Positions 10,203-18,933 of a DNA stretch of 53,558 bases are shown one piece after another. Numbering within the stretch: the first letter of the stretch is position 1; each line of letters starts with the position of its first letter. Source of the stretch: Thermomicrobiales bacterium (GTDB taxonomy: Bacteria > Chloroflexota > Chloroflexia > Thermomicrobiales > CADCWN01); contig DATCMP010000489.1 in the NCBI GenBank assembly GCA_036563365.1, forward strand, positions 1 through 53,558. Direction: 5' to 3'. A program made the position numbers and the translations under genes. The notes below the pieces were generated by a model. That model was not told the origin of the DNA, did no database searches, and saw only the letters and a program-made list of their open reading frames with translations.

Positions 10203-11195
10203 ATGACCGCTACGCAAGGAGCGCAATCATCGATGAACGTAATTGACACCGCAACCGATATCGCCGGGAATCCTCTGACGCTGTTGGTCGTCCATGCGCA
10301 TCCCGATGACGAGTGTATCGGCACCGGCGGGGCATTGGCCCGTTACTCCGCCGAAGGGGTACGCACGGTGCTGATTACCGCGACCCTCGGTGACGAAGGC
10401 GAGATCCACGACCCCGAACTCGTCGAAGAGGAGGCCCGCCCGCGCCTCGCGACGATCCGTGAAGAGGAATTGCGTCGGGCTGTCAAGGTGCTCAGCGTCA
10501 GCGAACTCGAACTACTCGGCTATCGCGACTCCGGGATGATCGATACCCCCGCCAATGCCCACCCCGATAACTTCCACAATGCCAATTTCGAGGAGGCGGT
10601 CGGCCGGGTCGTGCGCCTCATTCGCCGCCATCGCCCGCAGGTAGTCGTCACCTACAACGAGGATGGCGGTTATGGTCACCCGGATCACTTGCAATGCCAC
10701 CGCGTGACCGCCGCCGCCTATGACGCCGCCGGCGATCCGACCCGTTTCCCCGGGGTGGGCGAGCCCTGGAGCCCGAGCAAGTTCTACGCGACGGCCTGGT
10801 CGCGCGAGCTTTGGCAGGGTTTGCGCGAGGAGATGCAGGCGCGGGGGATTCCGTTCGGCGATGAGCGCGAGGATGAAGGCGCCGACGAGGCGGAGAAGAG
10901 CGCAGCAGGCGAGGAGCAGGGCGCGGAAGCGGATGAGCCATGGGGACAGCCCGAGGAGTCGATCACCGCGTTCATCGACACGAGCCCGTATTGGGCGACC
11001 GCTCGCGAGGCGTTGCGCCAGCACCGCACCCAGCCGCTCGAATTCTTCCTGAAGCTGCCGGATGATCTCGCCGCGAAGGTCTACGCGCGCGACTTCTTCA
11101 TCCTCCTGCGCGCGTCGGTCGAGACGGCACGACCGGAGGATGATCTCTTTGCCGGGCTCCGCGCCCCGGTGGGGGCAACTGCGAACGCGGGGTAG
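10203..11195 (+). CDS. PIG-L / LmbE family de-N-acetylase (MshB/Mca-like)
   Basis: LLVVHAHPDDECIGTGGALARY zinc-binding signature, GYGHPDH, and C-terminal HRTQ. Carries an acidic insert, DEREDEGADEAEKSAAGEEQGAEADEP. Confidence 0.8.
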   Translation: MTATQGAQSSMNVIDTATDIAGNPLTLLVVHAHPDDECIGTGGALARYSAEGVRTVLITATLGDEGEIHDPELVEEEARPRLATIREEELRRAVKVLSVSELELLGYRDSGMIDTPANAHPDNFHNANFEEAVGRVVRLIRRHRPQVVVTYNEDGGYGHPDHLQCHRVTAAAYDAAGDPTRFPGVGEPWSPSKFYATAWSRELWQGLREEMQARGIPFGDEREDEGADEAEKSAAGEEQGAEADEPWGQPEESITAFIDTSPYWATAREALRQHRTQPLEFFLKLPDDLAAKVYARDFFILLRASVETARPEDDLFAGLRAPVGATANAG

Positions 11196-11219
11196 GGCGC
11201 TAATCCAGCCCGCTTGCGA

Positions 11220-12428
11220 TTACTGCGGCAGCTTCCACTCTTTGCGGATCGCAGCATAAGTCGCCTCGGCGACCCAGACGGTTGAGGTGGGGGTCAGGTG
11301 GATCCCATCGTCGGCCCGCGCCTTGATCATCTCGCCGGAACTGTTCGGCAGGTAGGTTGAGTAGTTGCCGTCGCGGTCGGTCAGGAGCGACCAGCTGTCG
11401 ATATAGGTCACCCAGGGGCGAGACGCCGCCGCTTTGACGATCGCGATATTGATGTCATTCGCGATCCGGTTCTGCTTCGACTCGCGCATGATCGGCTGCC
11501 CGATGTAATAGAGCCGCGCGCCCGACTGCCCGATGATATCCATGATCTCCCCGGCACGGCGGGTATATTCGGTGTTCCACGCCGCCGTGCCGTATTCCAA
11601 TGTCCCGTTGCTGGTGCGGATCGCCACGCCGTCATTCGCCCCAGCCATGAAGACCACGGCTTCCGGCGGTGGCTGACTCGCCAGCGCCTGCCGCAATCGA
11701 ACCGGCCAGTTCGTGTACGACGGGTCGGAGAGCCCCGAGTTGGCGTGGCCGTCGGCCAGGACGGCCAGCAAGCCCATATTGGTGCTCGTCTCGGCCAGCA
11801 CCTCTGCGATACTGTCCACGAAGGAATCCCCGGCGACGTACACGCGGAGCGGCGCGGTTGTCGTCACGGCCCGCTGTGGCGGTACGGTTGGGGCGGCCGT
11901 CGGCGGCAGGGGGGTATTCTGCGTCGCTGGCACCGCCGGGGTTGCCACGGCTGCTGGCGGGACGGGTTCCTCGGGCGGGGCCGTCGGTTGCGCGGCGGGC
12001 GGTGTTTCGACCGGTGCGGGCGTCTCGCTCGGCAACGGCAGCGGGCTTCCGGCTGCGATACCGGGAATCCCGGCGAAGGTGGGCGTATTGTCGCGATCGG
12101 CCTGGGCATAGTCGAGCCAGGCTATCGGGCGTTCCAGCCCAAAACGTCCCGCAGCGGTATTCAGCCCGCGCGAGACGCCGAGGAAGATCGTCCGTATCGG
12201 CCCATCGGGGCGACGCTCGACTGTGGTTAGTAGCGCTTGCGTATTGAGGGCCAGCAGGACGAGCAGCATGACAAGCAGCGCACGGAAGATCGGCCAGGCT
12301 GCGCCGACATCCTCGCGGGGGGGGCGGCGTGTCTGGGGCGGCACTTCCGGCGCTTGTGGCTGTAGTGGCTTTATCGTCCGGCCCGACCGTTTGCTCGGCC
12401 GTCCGCCCCGCTCCTCAGTGTCGATCAT
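11220..12428 (-). CDS. Membrane-anchored SGNH/GDSL hydrolase-acyltransferase (DUF459/PatB-like)
   Basis: N-terminal TM helix (WPIFRALLVMLLVLLAL) followed by a Pro/Ala/Thr-rich linker. SGNH blocks: VYVAGDSFVDS, FMAGANDG, DGIHLT. Lies immediately downstream of the MBOAT gene. Confidence 0.75.
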   Translation of the reverse strand: MIDTEERGGRPSKRSGRTIKPLQPQAPEVPPQTRRPPREDVGAAWPIFRALLVMLLVLLALNTQALLTTVERRPDGPIRTIFLGVSRGLNTAAGRFGLERPIAWLDYAQADRDNTPTFAGIPGIAAGSPLPLPSETPAPVETPPAAQPTAPPEEPVPPAAVATPAVPATQNTPLPPTAAPTVPPQRAVTTTAPLRVYVAGDSFVDSIAEVLAETSTNMGLLAVLADGHANSGLSDPSYTNWPVRLRQALASQPPPEAVVFMAGANDGVAIRTSNGTLEYGTAAWNTEYTRRAGEIMDIIGQSGARLYYIGQPIMRESKQNRIANDINIAIVKAAASRPWVTYIDSWSLLTDRDGNYSTYLPNSSGEMIKARADDGIHLTPTSTVWVAEATYAAIRKEWKLPQ

Positions 12429-12496
12429 CTGGCCTCATGTCTCGCGCGCCGCCGAATGCGTCGCCTTGTACTATCCATAATACTACTAAAAAACTT

Positions 12497-13912
12497 CTAA
12501 AACTGATAATAGATGAATGGGGCCACGCCACGCGGGCCAAGCGCGAAGATGATTGCGATGACGATCCCGATCAACGCGCCCTGGGCAACCAGGGGCAACT
12601 CGGCGAACGCCTCTTCTAGGAGCCGCCCAACATTCGGCGGGATGAACTGGAGCAGCAACATCCCGCCGATCACCAGGGCGAGATTGCTGCTCGCCAGCGG
12701 CCCCGGCTCCCACGCGGTGAGTCCGCGCCAGAAGATCGTCAGCGCCTTCTCGAATGTGCTGGCGCGGAAGAGAACCCAGGCGATGCAGACGAGATGGAAG
12801 GTCAGGAACCGCTGGAACCAGATCTGCCCGGCGAAGTGCAGCGGAGGTTCGTTCGAGGCGGCGCGGCGCTCGCTGAACCAGCGCTCGATCGCCAGCCCTA
12901 TCCCGTGGAAGAGGCCCCAGGCGACGAATGTCAGGGCCGCGCCGTGCCAGAGGCCGCCGAGGACCATCGTGAGGATAAGGTTGCGGTAGGTCAGCAGTCG
13001 GCCCCGTCGATTGCCGCCGAGCCCGATATACAGGTAATCGCGCAACCAGCGGGACAGGGTCATATGCCAGCGCCGCCAGAATTCCTGAAGGGAGGCCGCC
13101 GCGTAGGGGCGATCGAAGTTCTGCGGGAAGGTGAAGCCGAGGAGGAGCGCAATCCCGATCGCCATGTCGGTGTAGCCGCTGAAATCGGCGTAGATCTGGA
13201 TCGCGTAGGCGTAGACGGCCAGCATGATCTCCGGGGCGCTGTGCTGGCTGGGCACGGCGAAGACCGGATCGACGATCGCGCTCGCGAGGTTGCTGGCGAT
13301 CACGACCTTCTTGAAAAGGCCACCGGCGATCAGGAACGCGGCCTGGCTCGCCTGCCGCCGGGTGAGCGTACTCGGTGCCCGCAGCTGTGGCAAGAACTCC
13401 GACGCCCTTACGATTGGGCCGGCGACCAGATGGGGGAAGAAGGCGAGGTAGATGGCAAAGTCGAGGACCGATGCGCGGGCGACTTGCCCACGATAAATAT
13501 CGACGACGTAGGTGATCGCCTGGAAAGTGAAGAACGAGACGCCGACCGGCACGATGATTTCCAAGAGGGGGAGGCGCATCGGCAGCCCGACCGTGCGGAG
13601 CAGGCCGTTCAGCGACTCGATGAAAAAGCCGTAGTATTTGAATACGCCGAGCAGGATAAGGTTAAAGGCGACTGCGGCGGTGACGAGGGTCCGTTTGTGG
13701 CGTTCCGCCGAGCGCCCGATCCGCAGCGCGAATTCCTGATTGACGATTGTGGAGAGGATAATCAGCGAGACGAAACGCCAATCCCAGGCACCGTAGAAGA
13801 GATAACTGGCCGCGAGGATAAAGACCTTCCACCCGCCACGTTCCCGCAGGAACCAGTAGATCGGGTAGACGATGATGAAAAATATCGCGAAGGTCAGTGT
13901 CGGGAAAAGCAT
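12497..13912 (-). CDS. MBOAT family O-acyltransferase (AlgI/DltB/PatA-like)
   Basis: Polytopic protein with FWRRWHMTLSRWLRDYLYIGLGGNRRG and the conserved His in GGLWHGA. Start set at MLFPTLTF (ATG complement at 13912) rather than the Arg-rich extension in the ORF track. Confidence 0.85.
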   Translation of the reverse strand: MLFPTLTFAIFFIIVYPIYWFLRERGGWKVFILAASYLFYGAWDWRFVSLIILSTIVNQEFALRIGRSAERHKRTLVTAAVAFNLILLGVFKYYGFFIESLNGLLRTVGLPMRLPLLEIIVPVGVSFFTFQAITYVVDIYRGQVARASVLDFAIYLAFFPHLVAGPIVRASEFLPQLRAPSTLTRRQASQAAFLIAGGLFKKVVIASNLASAIVDPVFAVPSQHSAPEIMLAVYAYAIQIYADFSGYTDMAIGIALLLGFTFPQNFDRPYAAASLQEFWRRWHMTLSRWLRDYLYIGLGGNRRGRLLTYRNLILTMVLGGLWHGAALTFVAWGLFHGIGLAIERWFSERRAASNEPPLHFAGQIWFQRFLTFHLVCIAWVLFRASTFEKALTIFWRGLTAWEPGPLASSNLALVIGGMLLLQFIPPNVGRLLEEAFAELPLVAQGALIGIVIAIIFALGPRGVAPFIYYQF

Positions 13913-14193
13913 CGTATCTCCGCGCCGATGCCGAATGGCTTGGCACTGCCGTGAGCGCTGGCCGTGACCCCGACTGGGAGCAACCTGATCGGGCCGCAAC
14001 GGCGGTTGGTGCGCGGAAGTATAGCATGTGTCCGCGAAAAGCAGCGAACGTACGTGAATCTACTTGCTTCGTTTCATGCGATGAGGATGCCGTATCTCGC
14101 TCAGGCGATCTACTTATTACAACGAGGACACTGGCAACGGTCCTCAGCATCCGTTGTGCTGAATCGGATGACAGGTTCATCTTGTAGCGGAGC

Positions 14194-14245
14194 CTGGCTG
14201 CTCGTCGTCAGACTCGTCACTTACCCGAGGGCGACGAGCAGCCAG
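14194..14245 (-). terminator. Stem-loop downstream of the DinB-like gene
   Basis: ctggctgctcgtcg (14194-14207) is the exact reverse complement of cgacgagcagccag (14232-14245). This gives a 14-bp stem just past the stop at 14255. Confidence 0.5.
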
Positions 14246-14254
14246 CATTGTCGG

Positions 14255-14824
14255 TTACGCCTTACCCTGCTCGCGCATCCGACGCATGATCTCGCGCAGT
14301 TGGTCGAGGTGCATGTCGGCGTGGAAGATGCCGAGCATGTAGCGACTGATCGCGTTCATCGGGCCGAATCGCGGGATGAAGGTCATCGTGCGGGCGAGGT
14401 CCGGGGCATCGGGCCACGTTTCGAGGAAAGCCAGGCATATTCGCTGGCTCTCGGCGAGACGCGCATTGATCTGCTCCGCCGTTTGCAGGGTTTCCCAGGC
14501 TACGTCGGCCCGCAGTCGCAGGTCGTCGGCGAAGTCTGCACCACGCGCCAGGGCCGAGGCGAGCGCGGCGGATTCCTCCGCAGTGGCGGTCAGATGCGCG
14601 ATGATATGCCCGATCGTCCAGGCTCCTTCTCCCTCGTTCTGGTCTTTCAGCGCGGGATCAATGGGAATTGCTACGATCGCAGCATCAGTGGCGCCGGAAA
14701 CGATCCCTTTAATCTCCGCGTAATACTCCTGGGTCAAGCTGATGAGATCGTTGCGGTCAAATTCCGCAACGATGGCGGCATATGTGCGCTGTCCTGTTTG
14801 GATGGCGGCGAAATCAGGTCGCAT
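14255..14824 (-). CDS. DinB-family (DinB_2-like) metal-dependent protein
   Basis: Spaced histidines typical of DinB four-helix bundles: WTIGHIIAHL, HADMHLDQL. Start placed at MRPDF (14824). Confidence 0.55.
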   Translation of the reverse strand: MRPDFAAIQTGQRTYAAIVAEFDRNDLISLTQEYYAEIKGIVSGATDAAIVAIPIDPALKDQNEGEGAWTIGHIIAHLTATAEESAALASALARGADFADDLRLRADVAWETLQTAEQINARLAESQRICLAFLETWPDAPDLARTMTFIPRFGPMNAISRYMLGIFHADMHLDQLREIMRRMREQGKA

Positions 14825-14965
14825 CGGCGTAGGATCTCCCTCAATAGAGTTGAACGATAAAATCACGGCCACAAGTGGTATAGCAAAGATGTGGAAAAGC
14901 GGACGGCAGTCCACTCATAATAGGGGCACAATGCCGGTGCCGGTGGTGGTATCCGAGCTGTTACG

Positions 14966-15634
14966 ATGCTGGAGCAGGTTATGGTGAACGGGGAGAAGGT
15001 TGGGATCGGTCGGGCGCTGCCGATGGCTGGGGAGCGCACGCGCGCCGAGCGCCGCGATGCCGCAGAGAATCGCCAGCAGATCCTCGCCGCCGCCGCTGAG
15101 CTCTTCGCCGCGCGTGGGGTCGAAGCGGTCAGCATGGACGAGATCGCGCGGGCGGCCGGTGTCGGCAAGGGGACGCTCTATCGCCGCTACGCGCATAAGG
15201 GTGCGCTCTGTCAAGCGTTGCTCGATGAGAATACGCGCCGGATGCAGGGCGCTGTGCTGGATGGGCTGCGCGATCGGCAGCGTGGCGCGCTCGATCATCT
15301 CGCCGATTTCCTGGCGCACCTCGTCGCGCATAACGAGGAGAATGCCGAATTGTTGAGCGCGGTCAGCGATGCCGCCTTCGGTTCGCGTCGCGATGCTTTT
15401 TATCGTAGCGCGCCGTACCAGTGGCAGCGGCTGATGATAACTGGCTTTCTCCGTCGTGCGGTCGCCGATGGCGAATGTCGCGATCTCGACATCGATTATC
15501 TGACTGACGCACTCCTCGCGCCGCTCGACATCGATCTTTACCTCTTCCAGCGCCGTGCGCTTGGGCTCGAACAGGCGCGGATCGTCGCCGGGACGCAACG
15601 CCTGCTGATCGATGGGCTGCGGGCGCGCGGGTGA
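14966..15634 (+). CDS. TetR/AcrR family transcriptional regulator
   Basis: N-terminal HTH: ILAAAAELFAARGVEAVSMDEIARAAGVGKGTLYRRYAHKGAL. Confidence 0.85.
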   Translation: MLEQVMVNGEKVGIGRALPMAGERTRAERRDAAENRQQILAAAAELFAARGVEAVSMDEIARAAGVGKGTLYRRYAHKGALCQALLDENTRRMQGAVLDGLRDRQRGALDHLADFLAHLVAHNEENAELLSAVSDAAFGSRRDAFYRSAPYQWQRLMITGFLRRAVADGECRDLDIDYLTDALLAPLDIDLYLFQRRALGLEQARIVAGTQRLLIDGLRARG

Positions 15635-15651
15635 TGGGCGTAGGATGACGG

Positions 15652-15777
15652 AACGGGGAACGGTTCAACGCAGAGGCACGGAGCAAGAGAGAGTGTCGCA
15701 GAGAAGGAACGAAACTAATTTGTCCTCGCTGCGACGCTCCTCCCCCTCCGCGCCTCTGCGTTGAGCCGTTCCCCGTT
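15652..15777. repeat. Palindromic repeat family A, copy 1 (between convergent TetR and MFS genes)
   Basis: The left arm aacggggaacggttcaacgcagaggcacggagcaagagagagtgtcgcagagaagg is mirrored by the right arm ..gctgcgacgctcctccccctccgcgcctctgcgttgagccgttccccgtt. Shares the core TCAACGCAGAG..CGGAGCAAGA..GTCGCAGAGAAG with copies at 43.0, 47.4 and 48.4 kb. Confidence 0.85.
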
Positions 15778-15825
15778 TCGCCCCCCGCCCCCTTCCGGGT
15801 CTCCGTGGCCCCTATTCCCCGTGCT

Positions 15826-17007
15826 TCACGCCACGCTCTCCGCGATGGTGATCTCGGGGGCGGTTGCCCGATGGGCCTGCCACGCGAGGGTGGCGATCAG
15901 GGTGATCAGCGGCACGCTGAAGGCGAGGGCGACCGCGAACGGTGCGGTTGGTCGCCATTCATAGAGCGGCCCCGCGAGCAGTGGCGCGAGCGCCATCCCT
16001 AGCCCACCGCAGAATTCGCCGAGCGCGAAGGTGCGCCCGTAGAGGCGCGGCGGCGTGACATCGCCAAGTGCCGCCGAAAAGAGCGACCAAGCGACCATAT
16101 AGCCACCGCGCAGGAGGTAGGCGAACGTCAGCAGTGGCAGCCCGCTGACGACCAGCAGCAGGGCGAACATCCCGGCGGTGCAGGTTGTCGCGACGGTGAT
16201 CCCGGTGAGGGGTCGCCCCAACCGCTTCACGCGCCCGAACAGGATCCCGAGCAGGATGCTCCCGACCGCCGCAACCGAGCCGAACTGGCCGATCCGGTTG
16301 TATTCGAGCCCATGGATCTCGTGCAGGAAGTTCGACGCGAGCGTGGTGCCGATGGTCAGGGTGAGCAAGGTTATCGCCAGCAGCAGGCAGAGATTGCGTA
16401 CGGGCCGATAGGTCAGCACCTCGCGGTACGTCGCGGGGGTCTCGTCGGTGGCCTGGCGCGGGCGCGAGTGGAGCCGACTGAACGCCAGGATACTCAACGA
16501 AGCGAAGCCCGCGCCGATCAGCATCGTCGCGCGGAGCCCCACGGTTTCGGCCGCCTGCCCGCTGAGCAGCGGCGCGATCACGGTGGCGATCGCCGGGGCG
16601 ACGGTGTAGAGCAAGGTGAAGGCCCGCGCCCTGCTGCCGTCACTGGCTGCCCCCGCGATCGACGACGAGATCGCCGGGAACGCGATGTTGGCCGCGCCGG
16701 TCAGCAACAGCGGGATCGGCATCAGCCACCAGACGGGCAAGATCGAGGCGACGATTAAGCCCAGCACGCCGAGGGCGCGGGTGACGACGATCAGCGGCAC
16801 GGCGGGGAAGCGATCGACCAGGATCCCGCTGGGGGCAAGGAAGATCAGCCGCGTGACCCCCCAGACGCCCATGATGACGCCGACTTGTGCCGGGTTCGCG
16901 CCGAGTTGGGCGACGTAAAGCGGTAAGAAGATGAAATATGAGGCGAAGCTGCCTTCGAGCAGGATCATCGCCCAGAAGGTGATCCCGTTTTCGCGCCCCA
17001 GGCCCAT
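15826..17007 (-). CDS. MFS transporter
   Basis: About 12 hydrophobic helices and a GILVDRF motif-A-like loop. Start uncertain: ATG at 17007 or GTG at 17040. The longer track ORF has an implausible polar extension. Confidence 0.8.
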   Translation of the reverse strand: MGLGRENGITFWAMILLEGSFASYFIFLPLYVAQLGANPAQVGVIMGVWGVTRLIFLAPSGILVDRFPAVPLIVVTRALGVLGLIVASILPVWWLMPIPLLLTGAANIAFPAISSSIAGAASDGSRARAFTLLYTVAPAIATVIAPLLSGQAAETVGLRATMLIGAGFASLSILAFSRLHSRPRQATDETPATYREVLTYRPVRNLCLLLAITLLTLTIGTTLASNFLHEIHGLEYNRIGQFGSVAAVGSILLGILFGRVKRLGRPLTGITVATTCTAGMFALLLVVSGLPLLTFAYLLRGGYMVAWSLFSAALGDVTPPRLYGRTFALGEFCGGLGMALAPLLAGPLYEWRPTAPFAVALAFSVPLITLIATLAWQAHRATAPEITIAESVA

Positions 17008-17411
17008 TTGCCAGCGCGGCGCAATGACCGATGCCGACACCTCTCCACCCTCGTTTCGTTGCCTGACCACACCACATCCCACACGCCCGTCAGTATAATC
17101 GGTTGCCGGTTGGGTTTGCTGTGCCCTTGGGGTTTGGGCGTGTGATGGTCGAGGGCGCAATCGTTGTATGGGCGTTGGGGTGTCGGCGGGGGCGATCGGA
17201 GGCTCGGCACACGGTTCAATCTAACGGCACCCTGCCATGTGGGCAACGGCCTTGCCTCAGCACGCCACGGTGTACGATCATTACCCTGTACGTGCGATGG
17301 TGCGACGTGCTTTTTGGCACTGATCCTGTTCGACAATGCCGAGGCGGGCATCGGGACGGATGGGGGGCGTGCGATGGCGTGGCGTGCCTCATGAAACTGA
17401 TCGGAAGCTGC

Positions 17412-18668
17412 ATGAAACTCCTCCACTTCGCGGATCTGCATCTCGGCGTCGAGAGTTACGGGCGCACCGATCCGGCGACCGGGCTATCGAGCCGGTTGGG
17501 CGATTTTCTGCAGCGCCTCGATGAGCTGATCGCGTTCGCGATCAGTGAGCGCGTTGATGCGGTCCTCTTCGCCGGTGACGCCTTTAAGACCCGCGACCCG
17601 AATCCGACGGTGCAGCGCGCCTTCGCCGAGCGGATCCGCCGCCTCTCGCGCGCCGCGATCCCGACGGTGCTGCTGATCGGCAATCACGATCTGCCGAGCG
17701 TGGTCAGTCGCGCGACGAGCGTCGATATCTACGATGCGCTCGGCGTCGATCATGTGCGTGTCTGTCGGCGGATCGAAGGGTTCACCCTCGATACCGCGGC
17801 GGGGCCGTTACAAATCGTCACTCTGCCGTGGATCACGCGCAGCATGCTCCTGACGCGGGAAGAATATCGTGCCGATAGCACCGAGGAACTCGATGGGCGG
17901 ATGCGCGAACGGGTCGTCGCGGCGTTGGAGGCGCAGGTCGCCGTGCTCGACCCGGCGATCCCGGCGGTCCTGATGGGCCACCTCAGCCTCGGCGGCGCGA
18001 GTTTCGGGTCGGAGCAATCGATCATGCTCGGCCATGACCTGATCCTCAATCGCGGCGATCTCCAACCGGCGGCATTCGATTACATCGCGCTCGGGCATAT
18101 CCACAAACATCAGCAGATCGGGCCGAGTGATCCCCCCGCCGTGTATAGCGGCAGCCTGGAGCGCGTCGATTTCGGTGAGGAGCGCGAGGCCAAAGGGTTT
18201 GTGGTGATCGAGATTACGACCGCCGCAAATGGCGAGCGGAACACAGCGTGGGCCTTTCACCCCGTTGCGGCCCGCCCATTCGTTACCCTGCGACTCGCCG
18301 TTGGCGGCCCCGACCCGCTCGAAGATATTCGCGCGGCGATCGCCCACCGGGCCGATCTGCGCGGGGCGGTTGTGCGGGCGAAGATCGAGTTGACGCCGGA
18401 GGCCGCCGACAATCTGCGTCTGAGCGATGTGCGGCGACTGCTGGGTGAAACCGGGGCCGCATTCGTCGGCCAGATCGATCCGCAGGTCGAGCGTACCGTG
18501 CGCGTGCGCTTGCCGCTGGCGAATGACGAGGCCCTCGACCCTGCCCGGATGTTGCAGCGCTGGCTCGACTTGCAGCAGACCCCGGCGGAACGCCAGGCGG
18601 TCCTGCTGCGCTACGCCGAGGATCTGCTGAGCAGCGTTAAAGAAAAGGAAGCGCGGGAACAGGGGTAG
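17412..18668 (+). CDS. sbcD: Mre11/SbcD-type DNA repair exonuclease
   Basis: Calcineurin-like phosphoesterase motifs in order: MKLLHFADLHLG, FAGDAF, GNHD, MGHLS, LGHIH. Start at ATG 17412; the upstream part of the track ORF looks non-coding. Confidence 0.85.
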   Translation: MKLLHFADLHLGVESYGRTDPATGLSSRLGDFLQRLDELIAFAISERVDAVLFAGDAFKTRDPNPTVQRAFAERIRRLSRAAIPTVLLIGNHDLPSVVSRATSVDIYDALGVDHVRVCRRIEGFTLDTAAGPLQIVTLPWITRSMLLTREEYRADSTEELDGRMRERVVAALEAQVAVLDPAIPAVLMGHLSLGGASFGSEQSIMLGHDLILNRGDLQPAAFDYIALGHIHKHQQIGPSDPPAVYSGSLERVDFGEEREAKGFVVIEITTAANGERNTAWAFHPVAARPFVTLRLAVGGPDPLEDIRAAIAHRADLRGAVVRAKIELTPEAADNLRLSDVRRLLGETGAAFVGQIDPQVERTVRVRLPLANDEALDPARMLQRWLDLQQTPAERQAVLLRYAEDLLSSVKEKEAREQG

Positions 18669-18933
18669 GTGTATCGATCTATTAGTCGTTTCTCGCGCCC
18701 GATTGCTACCGATTTACTCCCTAAACTACGCCACCAATGGCCTACCGAAGTTAGGACCGTTGGGCTACGTTGCCTGCTTGTTCGCCTCTGGGGCCACCGA
18801 TATACTGACGGGAGAATCGTACCGAGGGCATCTTTGCCCGCCTTGCACCGCGCGATTGCGCGCGATATAGCACGCTGATCACGCCGCGTGATGTGCTCAT
18901 TCCCCGTCATTGTCGATACTCGGAGGGACACCT

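Noticed and set aside
17210-17225. T-loop-like ggttcaatc
   Set aside because: The flanking sequence provides no T-stem, acceptor stem or D-arm, so this is an isolated chance match.
18669-18878. 69-aa GTG-initiated ORF overlapping the sbcD stop
   Set aside because: Third codon positions are not G/C-biased as they are in the real genes here. There is no ribosome-binding site and no recognisable motif. The region is treated instead as a candidate structured non-coding region.
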